Assembly: GCA_025201805.1 (NCBI GenBank)
Contig: MU619249.1
Coordinates: 124,001 to 188,000 of the forward strand
Reading direction: 5' to 3'
From: Parasitella parasitica NRRL 2501
Taxonomy: Eukaryota; Fungi; Mucoromycota
DNA: 64,000 bases
Position 1 is the first letter of the stretch. Every line of letters begins with the position of its first letter. The notes beneath the pieces were generated by a model. That model had not been told where the DNA came from. It searched no databases and saw only the letters and a list, made by a program, of their open reading frames with translations. Of this stretch, positions 53,196 to 64,000 are shown in pieces. The translations under genes were made by a program, and so were the position numbers.

Positions 53196-54406
53196 TTAAA
53201 GGTATGCTAAAACAAGAGCAGCAGATGGCACCAAATCTATAGGAAATAAGATCAATCATTCGGCCTTCTTTTTTTTAATAGTAAAAACAGTATATAAGCA
53301 AAAACTTACTCAGCTCTTTCAATGATTTTTGCTGATCTTCAGAGCCAAACGTCTTTCTAGGGAAAGTGGTGGACAAAGTAAAAGGATTGGCTAAACCTTG
53401 AGATTGCAGATAATCGAATACCTGATTCAAAGGCGCATTGGCATCAAATGTGTGAGTGATGGGCGCTGCTCCAGGAGCACGAATTTGAATTCTTGCTTCG
53501 TTGTATTCCTTTTTGACAGGAGGTTGAGCTGAACCAACAGTCTCTACTTGAGCTTGTGCAGCTTGGTGCGCTTGTTTAGCTGCCTTCTTTGCGGCACGTT
53601 CCTTTCTGTCTTGTTCGATCTGTGCTTTGATCTTTGCCTTGGCAATTCTATCTTGCTCCTTTTCCTTCTTTTTCAAGTCGAATATTTTCTTTATTTCTTT
53701 AGCTTCTATGGCTTCTTTTGCGGCGCTGATGTCTTGCGCGGCCTTTCTTCTTATTTTTTCAGCTTGCTTGCGATCTTCAATCTCTTGTAGATGGCTTTCA
53801 GCACGTTTAGATGCCAGGCGAGTTTTCAACTCGGCTAATTTGGCCTTCTTCTCTTCATCTGTCAATGGCTTAATTGGTTCTGTGCTTTCTGCAAAGTCTT
53901 GGTGACCAGTGAAAGTAGCATGTCTCTCGGCTCCAACAGCATCGCGGAATAATTTCTTACATTCGTTACATATTAAACTCTGAGCCGTTTGCTCACCATC
54001 CTTAATTTCTCCTATAAAAAGAAGCTGTCAAACCATAGATACACTTTATACACTACTGGATATAAGTATATACCTGGTTCGTCAGTAGTAGCTGTTACTA
54101 ATGTACTACTGGCACTTCCTAGTGCTTGAGGAGGCGTTACTTCTTCGTCAGGCTCATCAGAAACTTCCGGATGAGCAAGGATCCTAATGATATAGTAATA
54201 TTAGCAGATGAAAATCAATTGATAGCCTGCCGCCCACAATACCAATCCATAGCAGGCTGAAGACCAGCGCCATTCGTTGCTTTAATAGCCTTCTTTCTGT
54301 ATATTGACAAATAGAAATTAAAAATCGCGTCCAACGTTTGCGCCAAAACCTACGCTTTAACAGGAGAGAATCCCATGTCGATGAGAGTATCTAGATCGCT
54401 TGCCAT
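53196..54406 (-). CDS. UBA + C2H2-like + UBX domain Cdc48 cofactor (UBXN1/SAKS1-like)
   Basis: MASDLDTLIDMGFS..KA..ATNGAGLQPAMDW; AQSLICNECKKLFR..AERHATFTGHQDFAEST; coiled coil; ARIQIR..TTFPRK..LVPSAAL. Confidence 0.92.
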
Positions 54407-55229
54407 TTTAATGTATAGTTATTAATACAAAAGGGCACAATGCATTAGATTACGAATACGCTTATGCTATGTACCCCTCCCCATCACACCGTCACGAAAA
54501 TCTTCAGACATGTGCCCATTGTTTCCATTGTAGCCTGTGCATGGTAGTAAACCTCCTCTAAAGCTCATGATCTACCTCCCCCCCCTCTCTCTCTCTTAGG
54601 TCTCCTACTGTAAACTGAATCTCTTGATTGCTTACATGCCTTTATTAGTCAGACGACTATCAACATAGTTGCGCACTTGTCATTATCCTAGTAAAAACTG
54701 TTCAACATTCTCGCATCGTATGAGCTATAATTTTTGGTTTGCAATATTTCCCTTGCTGAGTAATTCCATCTAACTCGCTTCCAACTTTCTGCGGACTCCA
54801 ACCTTGTCTTTCGCCATGCTTTACACTGGGATTTGCTTGATGAGTTTGATTCAGCCAGTCTGAATCTTGCATATGCTCATCTTTGGGCGAACCGCTTTAG
54901 TCTGGATCGAAGCTGTATATATAATGCACGTCAAGAGCAGACATGTACATAGACCAACGCGGATACAATAAATATTGACATTTATCAACTTCATTATTTT
55001 GCAATGCCTAATCAAGCAACTAAGTATAAAGGATGCAACCTTTTGATTTGTTGTGGGGGATGACCCAGGCCCTTTTTAAGCTCGAGTAACCTGCGACGCC
55101 ACACATACAATGGTATCATGATTTACTACTGGGCTGCAGCAGCATATGTGGGGTCATAAAAAGAGGATCATTTGCAGTTTAATTGTTTGCTTCTTTCTCT
55201 TTTTCTCATATACTTTTATCTACACATAA

Positions 55230-55862
55230 ATGACATCAAATCAATCAATTTCATTTTCTCCTCAGAAATCACATCAATTGGCTCAAGAAGTAGTAACTTT
55301 TAAACCAATTCCAACTGTAGATTTTAATGTAGTCAAAAACAGCATGGCATCAAAGGTAAAAAGACTCGGCTCTCTGCTAGTTAGGAATAAGTCAAGGCCC
55401 TGGGCCACTGACAGGTTGACAATAACATCGTCCACGTCGGCATTGTCGCTACTATCAACCACAACCGACGATGATTCAGAGGAAGAGCATGTTGCGACAC
55501 CAAATGCTTCCACAACTGAATTCAAAGACATTTTGACAATCCCTAACAGTAACACTGTCAATCAGATGAATCTGGATGTTGTGTCTGTTACACCAAAAGA
55601 TCAATCCAATCAGTCGTCAGTCGTGGTTGTTGACACAATCGAGCCATCGGCAAAGCAGCAGACTAGATATAAAAGAAGGATAGTGTCATCGCTTGAAAAA
55701 CGAGATCCAAACAACCGCAAACCCTTGTCGGATGTTTTCATGGTCATACACCATCTAAGGATGGCATTTGAAGAAGCCGATAGCGAAATAGACCAACAAA
55801 TCGAATACGGCCACCGTCAGATGTTGAATTCGATTATAATCACACCGTTTACATTGTGTTGA
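55230..55862 (+). CDS. Hypothetical Ser/Thr-rich protein (210 aa)
   Basis: Intronless ATG-initiated ORF after a pyrimidine-rich leader. Predicted helical C-terminus (HHLRMAFEEADSEIDQQIE); no family recognised. Confidence 0.6.
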   Translation: MTSNQSISFSPQKSHQLAQEVVTFKPIPTVDFNVVKNSMASKVKRLGSLLVRNKSRPWATDRLTITSSTSALSLLSTTTDDDSEEEHVATPNASTTEFKDILTIPNSNTVNQMNLDVVSVTPKDQSNQSSVVVVDTIEPSAKQQTRYKRRIVSSLEKRDPNNRKPLSDVFMVIHHLRMAFEEADSEIDQQIEYGHRQMLNSIIITPFTLC

Positions 55863-56653
55863 CTATTTACCGTATTAGTATCATATAAATTCTATTTAGT
55901 AATAATAAAGAAAAGAACCTATAATTAATTACATTGTAACAACATTGTCATTTTCAAAGCTGATATAACCCGTGCACACAGAAAATTACCAATAACAGGT
56001 TATCTGTCCACACAACTGCCCATGAACACATCTGCCCGGATGTGTTGCCAAAGTAGCTTTTTAACTGAAATAGTTTGATGAGGGGGAGGGGGGGACACAA
56101 TGTGGACTTGACACAAGCAGTGAACATTTAACGAAACACTGACAGCTGTTGGATGAATAGTATGCTTTGAAAAATAATGTGTATTGGAAGCTAGTATTGT
56201 TATTACTTTTCAGGGCCGTGTAGATCTGAACAAAATTGCCGGCTTCATTTAAGACTTAAATTTTTAGAGCCTTCAAAGAAGATATTACTTGTAGTAAGGT
56301 AAAAAAAAAAGGGGGGGGCGTGGAGCAATTGAATTTCGTCAAGCCTTTGGGGATGTAAAATTTGCATTTTACTGATAAAAATTATACAGTTGAGTTGCGA
56401 TGCAGCATTAATTTTTGTACATTTGATAAATTACCGTTCACGAAAGTATCTTATTAAGATATCTTGTTTCAAGATATCATGAGAAAGAGTATTCTCCACA
56501 TTCAATCTCCACATTCCGTTTTTGTACAGTTGTCTAGACAGATCATCATTACTGGAATCTTTTGGTTTAGGCAGTTGACCAACTTTGAAGTCATTTTTAT
56601 ATATGATAAGGGCGAATCTAATCTACATTTTATTTATCATAGATGTATCAAAG

Positions 56654-56765
56654 TAGTGGCAGTAGCGGGAAAAGTAACAGTAGTGGTAGTAATAATAATA
56701 GTAGTAGTAGTAATAGTAGTAATAACAATAGTAATAGTAGTAGCTGCATCAGTAGCAGTAGTATT
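56654..56765. repeat. Imperfect (GTA/ATA)n trinucleotide microsatellite downstream of BUD6
   Basis: Direct reading. Confidence 0.85.
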
Positions 56766-56784
56766 TAGCATTATATAATGAAGT

Positions 56785-59759
56785 TTAGCCTTCTGTTGGT
56801 TGGTCTTCTGTTGTTGCAACTGTTTCAACTGCAGTCTCATCAGACACTGTGGAACTGGAAGGCGCCAATGCACCACGAACGGTAGCAGCTGCCCTTTTTT
56901 CAGCAAACATGGCCTTCATCATCTCCTCGTCTTTTTGTTTACGCAATCTATCAATCTCCATGGTTCCACCTGTCTTCTTCAGCTTTTTAGTTTCGACAAA
57001 GCCAACCAGTTCCTTTTCGAAATCATCTATTCGAGTCGCTAGCTCTCTCTGTCTCAATTTCTCTGCCTGTTCTAGGGCACGTAAGCGACGAGTATGGTCA
57101 ACATCGATGGAAGAAACCTGTTTGAATACGCTAGACATGCCCTCAAAACCCTCCTCGGCTGGTGCTACTCTGAATTCGCGCGGCTGTGGTCTAGCATTAG
57201 CCTGGTAAGCGTAGATTTTTTCCAACTGCTCAAACACCTCCAACAAAGCATCCAAATCATCCTTCATATCTGACAACAAATACTCTTGGTCTTTCAGTGT
57301 TTGCTGCTCCTTGACAATGGTCTGCAGCTCCAACTCCCACGTCTTTTTCCATCTTGGCTTCACTTGAGCAATGTATTTGCCAAACTCCTCGATTTCTTGC
57401 GAAAGCGCCTTGCGCTCGTTTGCGCAGTGCGTCATTTGAGCTTCGGAAGGACGGCATTTGCGTTGAGTTACATCCAGCTTGAGCTGGTCGATGGTATCTT
57501 GGAGCTCTTCCAGGCGACTGGTTACTTTGTCAGATTTCTCTAATAGCATCGTTTTACCCTCTTCCAGCGTAGACCGAGCAGTGGAGGTTTGGCTCAGCTC
57601 TGCGTCTGCCTTCTTTAGAGCCTCCTCCTTGACAGCTTCTGCTTTTTCTTTGATTTCTGCAACGACTGCCGCTGTACCATCACGGAGCTCTCTTTCTAAT
57701 TGACGAAGGACAGCAACATCTCGACGCAGCGTTTCAATTTCTAATAGTTGGGCATCAAATTGCTCTTTGGATATCGCGGGTCTTACTGAATTCACTACAG
57801 CCAAGGTAGTGGTTGTGGTAGTCTCGGGTAAAGCAGTACTCGGATTTGGCTTTATCTCTTTTTCATCTTCTACATTTTTGTCCCCTGACTCTTCTTGGTG
57901 AGAGTTTAATTCTTGCTGCTGACTCAAAAGGTGTGCTGCAACTTGCTGTATCAAATTTCGCTCCTTCTCCTGATCTGCTAACTGAGTGTTGGCGTTGGAC
58001 TCCAAGATTTGCTTTTTGATGTCATCCATTTGCTCTGTAAACATGCGGCGAGTTTCGCCAAGCTCCTTGTTGAATGCGGCGGTGACCTGATTGAGCCATT
58101 CCTTTTGGTCTTCTTTTTCTTTAAAAAAGTAAAACATGATTAGTATAAAACCGAGAATGTACCTGAATATATATATACGATACGCTACCATTGATATTAA
58201 AAGACAGCATGGATTTATCGCCAACTTCTGACAAGTCGACTAATTCGTAAGACACGCCAACAACAGGATCTCGGATGTATATTTTGGGGAAATCGTTTTG
58301 TCCAACAGAATAGCTGAATTTCTCCAGGAATAACATGTTCAAAGCAGGAATGCTGATTTCGCCGCTGTATTTGACCTTTTGTACTTCTTTTCCTATCTGC
58401 AGAAACAGGGTTATTTCTGCAATGTAAACATTGTCAGTCTCGTTAAATAGATCTCGATGTTTTCATTCACACAAATACCTCCATCTTCTGCGTGATTATC
58501 TCCTTCTTTTGCTTCTGGTACTGTGTTTAAATTGTCGGGTGCAGTTGTCGTAGATGTGGCGACTGTATAATCCACGTTTTTCAACGGCAAATGCTTGTGC
58601 ACGGGCAATGAAGGTACAGGAGGCACATTACTGTTTTCATAGACAGGCTGAAACATTTGCTGTCCCTTGGCTCTTGATATACTGCCTCCGCTATACTCAC
58701 CACCAGCTCTGAACATGGAAGCACGGCGCACTGACGATCGACGGGCTAAATTCTCTTGTCTCTTCAACGCTGCCAATGCACTGGCTGTGTTGGCATCGCT
58801 TTCGTCAAACGGTTGCATGTTTTGTCGAGGAAGGGGAGTTGTTGTGGAAGCAGCAGGAATAATAGGAGGTGGTGGGGGCGGCGGGGGAGTTGGCATCTGC
58901 TGGATATTACTGCGATTTGAGGAGGTGGAGCGACTATGTAATGGTAATGGCTGGTTTTGCATATTAGGCGAATTGGAAGGAGAATATGACCTATGCGTCG
59001 AGCTATTGCGTGGCATTATGCGAGATGAGAGGTCATTGGTAGGCATTGATGGACGTGGCATGCCACCTGACCATGGCTCGTATTCTGCAGAGGGGCCCAT
59101 GCTGGGCGAAATGGGAGGGTAAGGCGGTAAAGGAGGAGATGACGGTGGCTGTGGATGCATAATAATACGTTGAGAGTTGCTGCTTCTGTTCAAGGCAGCC
59201 AAAGGTACCTCTCTGTTCCAAGAATCCGTGTTGTTGGATCTAATAGATCCACGTGATTCTCTTCCTCGCTCCCTCAGTGTAGCTTGTTTGCTTTTCAGAC
59301 CCTGCAATAACAGGACAATGACTTCTCGAATACCAGGGAGCCACTTGTCCAATGTGCTCGGGGAAGGCAGTTCCAGCATGGTTTCTGAAACTGAATTTCG
59401 AAGGTTTTGAGGAATGTATTGTAAATCGCTACAGTAAAAGAAAGCTGTGAGTATGCAAAATTTATAGCCTGCTTGACCCTATCAATTTACTCCATAGGCA
59501 CGCCTGCTTCTTCAAATGTTTGAGAGACTAAAAAGAACTGTCTTTCTAGTATGTCGCAAATTTCAAAAATCTCTGTGTTTGTTCGACGGTGAAGAGACCA
59601 CTGAGTCAGGGCTTCAAGCAAACTTTTGGTGGTCCTTAGCAGGTTGGTCACCACCTGCTCTATCTCGCCCGACTACAGAAAATGTATGATTAGCAGGGGG
59701 ACATCTGAAGCTTCCTCGCCTCTTCTTACCATGCCAGATGTGCTGTTTGCTCTTCTCAT
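56785..59759 (-). CDS. BUD6: Bud6/Aip3 actin-interacting polarity protein
   Basis: EIEQVVTNLLRTTKSLLEALTQWS; LPGIREVIVLLLQGLKSKQ; ALAALKRQENLARRSSVRR; PKIYIRDPVVGVSYEL; KPRWKKTWELELQTIVKEQQ; FEKELVGFVETKKLKKTGG. Confidence 0.93.
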
Positions 59760-60644
59760 TATATATTATAAGCCAGGTAGTTTGAAAGAAGAAGGGGAAA
59801 AGGAAAACGAGCGTTGGAGAAACAATTAAGGATTATTGTAGATTCAACCGCCCTTTCTAAATGTTTATAAATAAAACGTCGCCGCAGTTACACAGAGTGA
59901 AAACAAGTCTAGTTACAATGTAGAAGGTTTGGTGCAAAACTACCTAAATCCTTTGGGTGGGTAGATAGACTATAAAACGGGGAGTCAGTGTTTGCAAAAA
60001 GAGTATATAAAGTGAATTTTGTATATTCTCAACAATAGGTATGCTTGCTATAAAAAAGGCTATAAATATGTTGATGAGCCCTGGGATTGAGTGTTTTAAT
60101 AATCATCAGAAATTCTACCCGAGTGTCTCTATTATGGTACTATGGAGCTTATAGTCTCTCCTTCTACGCATCGAAAATGAATTTAGAGTTGATAACACAA
60201 GGAGCGCCCTGTGAAACACTGTTGACATACTTTGGTGAGCAATAGCACCGCTGCTGCTGTATGCAAATGAACCAAACAGTACCTTCTTATACAAAGTCAC
60301 CAAAATAAGGTTGCTATCTTTAATCACTCGGCCCCAACAACAATAATGTCTACAATGAATATCATGAGCCTCTCCTTAATCATATTCCAGGAAAAAATTT
60401 AAACTCGAATTCAGGTCAGACAAGTGCACATGGAATCGACTCACAATGAGCGTTGATGTGAGTAAAATAAATCATATGAAAAGCCCATCATGCCAGATGT
60501 CAGATGAGTTGCTCATTATAATCAAATTTGGCAAATGCACACTATAGTTGCTGCGCAACTTTGCTTTGTACGAACTCACACAACACATGCGGTACATATC
60601 TTGTTTATTATTTTACAGTAAAAGTGATGTTAGCCAGCCTTCAT

Positions 60645-61994
60645 CTAGACCCAAATCATAATCTTGACTTGCACAGAACTCACGCAGTGCTTTTCCAAAA
60701 GAAAAATACTGAACAGCAAATTCACTAAATTTCTGTCGCAATTCGTCTCTCTCAAAGAGCGATTCTCCTCGATCCAATTTTGCTTGACTTCTTGGATTTC
60801 TTTAGACGCATTTTCCCTGATAGCTGTCAGGCTCCTTTGCAAATCAGACATCCTTTTTTCGCAATCTTCTTCTTGTCTCTGAAGCCTACGATTTGTCTCC
60901 AGAGATGTTTTTAATGCTGCCTTTATCAGGTTCTTTGCTTCCTTCATTGCATCCAGGTCTGATTCCAGCTTGATTTTTTCTTGTCTCGAGATATTCAACT
61001 CTTTTACCGCATTTTGTTGGACCTCATTACGTTCCAAAAGCGCTTCAAGTCGATGCTCTCTTGTTGCCGAATCTTCAAGCCGGATTTCGAGATTTTTAAT
61101 ATAGGTTTTGGCGTTGGTCTCTTCTGTAAGTCCAGCACTGACTATGGACATCTCACGGTACACGGCTACGAGACAATAGTACTTTTCCTGCAGATCGCGA
61201 TATCGAGTCTTCAGTTCAGTTCAGCTCAATTTCTCCAGATTTTCAGGTGTTGAATGTCGGTCGTCTTTCACGTCAGTGTCATCAAAAGATCCCAACTTAT
61301 TGCAAGCAGTACAATTTGATTTGTTTGTCAATTTGAAATGCTGCTGGAATAGCATCAGGTTTTGGTGGGCAACATGTTGTTCCAAATTCGCGCAATTCTC
61401 TTTGGACACGGTAAGTTTTTTCGCTTGTTTCTCGTTGGCTAGCTTTAGTTTTGCTATTGTCGATCCAGCTTCGTTGATTTGAAGAATAAGTTCCGTGTGC
61501 GATAGCTTAACCCTCGCCAAATCCTTGAGAGCCGAATCCAGCTTGCTCTTATTCTGCTTTGACACTTTTACTGAATATTAAAAATCACGCCGAACCATTG
61601 TGGCTTGATTAGACACAATGTCTAGCTCCTTTTCAAGGGCTCTTACACGATTATTAGCGGCTTCAAGTTCTTCCTTCAACTCTCTGCATTTTTTGTTGTT
61701 GTTGCCATTGTCAGTGGTCAAGTACACACGATAATACGGTTGTTGTCTGTGATGTTGGTGGTCGTATATCTTTTTGCGACAGATTGGGCAGTTGCCGCTT
61801 ATTGCCAAACATTTTAACGCACTGAAGATGGGGGGGGGGTTTGTATCAGAAATAGAAAAAAAAGTTTTTTGATCGTGTTGCGATTTTACAGAGCGTCTTT
61901 CTTACCAATCTTCATCGAAAATATGACCACAGTTTGTAAACGCTATTAAGGAATCTCCTGCTTCATCTAAGCAAATGCTGCAGATAGTTTTCAT
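60645..61994 (-). pseudogene. RING-finger + coiled-coil E3-like gene with two in-frame stop codons
   Basis: Exon 1 MKTICSICLD..CGHIFDED splices (gtaag...cag) to C-ALKCL..CPICR. One frame continues through TAA (61578-80) and TGA (61221-23) into a long coiled coil. Confidence 0.65.
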
Positions 61995-62940
61995 TTGAGT
62001 TTCAATAAGATACGCAAAACAAAAAAAGCTTTTATAGCGATAATTCGCAGTTTGTTCACATAACTCGCTGGCAGTTTGTCCACATCGCTCATGCCACACA
62101 AGTTTTGAAAAATTGTGAAACCATGTCCAATTTCGGAAGTGCACATATTTTTTTGTATAATTTTCTGTACCTTTTCTTGAAAATGGAAAGATTCAACGCT
62201 GACTTCTCGAAAATTATTCCTCATTGTTTTGTGTTTATTTTATTATGTCGTTGTTGTCATTATCTACTTAATCAGAATATGTACGTCATAACATTAACGA
62301 ATATTTTGGTCGCGATGTCTAAAAATTCTTTAATTCATCAATTTTACAAGGGTTTGAAATATACCAAATCCTGGTTGCATTTCTAAGTGGAAATGATTTA
62401 TGATACTTATAAAAAAAACCATTAATAGACCTCTTAAATGAACAAATTCTGCAAAGAGGCTATAGAAATGGCTGCATTATTTCAGAAATTGTGTAAATAG
62501 CAGTATCCACTCGCTTAGTTCATCGAAATCACAAAGAGTGATTGTGCATTTTGTGATTGTCTTTATGTACAAAAAAAGTCGATTCATTAGAGCTACAAAT
62601 GTAATGAAAATGAAGAGCTGTGCAACAATGTCATCTGATTAGGCTATGACACTCATCATACCTCCAGGTACGATATGCAATCGTTAAAATCAAAATAGAG
62701 TTGTGACATTATTTAAGCAATACTTTGGTATTATCATATGTAAAAAGACAAAAAAAAATATGCGAGCCCAATATGCTGATAGTCATAAAAAGTTATTTTG
62801 CAAGACAATGTACAATGAACTTAATTAAAAGCTTCTTTGTGTTAACACACTTCAAAAAAGGGAACGCTTGGATGCTTCATTAGTTAATCAGTTATTAATT
62901 TTATATAAAATGCATCAAAATTTAATTCAAAAGGAAAATA

Positions 62941-63010
62941 CAAATCAAATCAAATCAAATCAAATCAAATCAAATCAAATCAAATCAAATCAAATCAAAT
63001 CAAATCAAAT
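62941..63010 (+). repeat. (CAAAT)14 pentanucleotide microsatellite
   Basis: Perfect array; the last unit supplies the AT of the downstream ATG. Confidence 0.97.
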
Positions 63011-63302
63011 GGTACTCAAGTCTTTCTCAATCGCCCTACTTTTAGCTACTGTCTCTGCTGTTTCTGCTATCCAAGCCGAGGGCTATGTGCAGATTTTTGA
63101 ATATCCACAATATTTTCAAAAAACTGTTAAAAGATGCTACAAACTTAGGGACACTAGCCTCACATCTGTTCAAGTACAAAATTTGAGTAATTACAATGTC
63201 AGAGTATTTGTAAACAATCGTTGCTCAGGTGAATCCACAGTGATACCTTCTGGTAAATTAGATAAAATTCCCGGTTTACATCAATCTTGGAGATTGGAGT
63301 AA
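63009..63302 (+). CDS. Small secreted protein (97 aa, 2 Cys), possibly beta/gamma-crystallin-like fold
   Basis: Signal peptide MVLKSFSIALLLATVSAVSA; basic mature region; TATA-like tatataaa at ~62902. The fold assignment is inference from the residue pattern. Confidence 0.7.
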   Translation: MVLKSFSIALLLATVSAVSAIQAEGYVQIFEYPQYFQKTVKRCYKLRDTSLTSVQVQNLSNYNVRVFVNNRCSGESTVIPSGKLDKIPGLHQSWRLE

Positions 63303-64000
63303 TCTTGAAAATATATTATAGATTGAAAAAATTTCGCCTAATAAAACGAATATCAAATATTATGCCTTGATCAGTTTTTTTTTTTTTTTTTTCTAAATTT
63401 TTCATTATCATACTTTTCAACATGGTTAATATAAGACGACATTAGACTCTGGTAACATTGATCATTCTCTTTTTTTTGTTTTTTTTTTTTTTTTTTTTTT
63501 TTTTTCTAAACTTCACTGATATATTACCAATTTTTTGCTACTGTAAATACGATTTATAAGCAAATTTATTGATCCCTATACCTGTCAGAAATTGAACCTT
63601 GTTGTTGTACCAAATATGTGCTCAGAGATGCTGTATAGAATTGGAAAAAAAATCATGAAAGCAACTTAGATTTCATCGTAGCAAAGAGATGTTCATAAAC
63701 TACTGAATCCTTATAACTGTTGACTAATAGTGACAAAAAACCGTTGTTGGAAAAGTGGATACAGTCAGAGTAATGCGCTAGTAAATGAAACCTTACAATG
63801 CTACCAACTTTTCTCGTGATTACAATGATCCACCACTACGTCTCGCAAAAAAAAAAGACAATAAAACAATTCAGCTGTGCCATATTCTCCTTGACAAAGC
63901 ATGGCAAGTGTTTGCTCATTTTCATTGTACACATGATGTTCTTCAATCCTCATTCATTAATTTTCTATAAAAGCACCAAACTTTATCGGCTCGATTGATA

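Noticed and set aside
56464-56906. Val/Ile-rich and Thr-rich ORFs
   Set aside because: Translations of the (GTA/ATA)n microsatellite.
62868-63008. N-terminal (NQIKS)n extension in the ORF track
   Set aside because: It starts at TTG and translates the CAAAT repeat; the signal peptide begins at ATG 63009.

Overview
Eukaryotic, AT-rich, gene-dense fungal genomic DNA with many short (~50-80 nt) spliceosomal introns. Architecture and gene content (DIP2 with DMAP domain, UXT, JMJD7, TMEM97) suggest an early-diverging fungus, most likely Mucorales; this is inference. About 27 protein-coding loci are recognisable, mostly housekeeping: DED1/DDX3-like helicase, CE4 deacetylase-fold protein, TMEM97, UXT, TatD, RPT2, IES6, ankyrin protein, alpha-arrestin, HEM14, VIT1/CCC1, HExxH surface protein, OST1-like, CHO2, RGP1, JMJD7, GNAT, DIP2/CMR2, PLPBP, SH3-TBC RabGAP, SSH4-like, UBA-UBX and BUD6. 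There is also a RING/coiled-coil gene with two in-frame stops and a small secreted protein behind a (CAAAT)14 repeat. Non-coding features are three diverged copies of an unidentified dispersed repeat, microsatellites and two assembly gaps. I found no rRNA, credible tRNA, CRISPR array, intact transposon or biosynthetic cluster, and no multi-gene novel system I can support. Best leads: a catalytically dead GPI-type chitin deacetylase, the unidentified repeat family, a Trp/RGG-repeat DDX3 paralog, and a HExxH surface metalloprotease. Gene models were spliced by eye, so boundaries may be off by a few nt.
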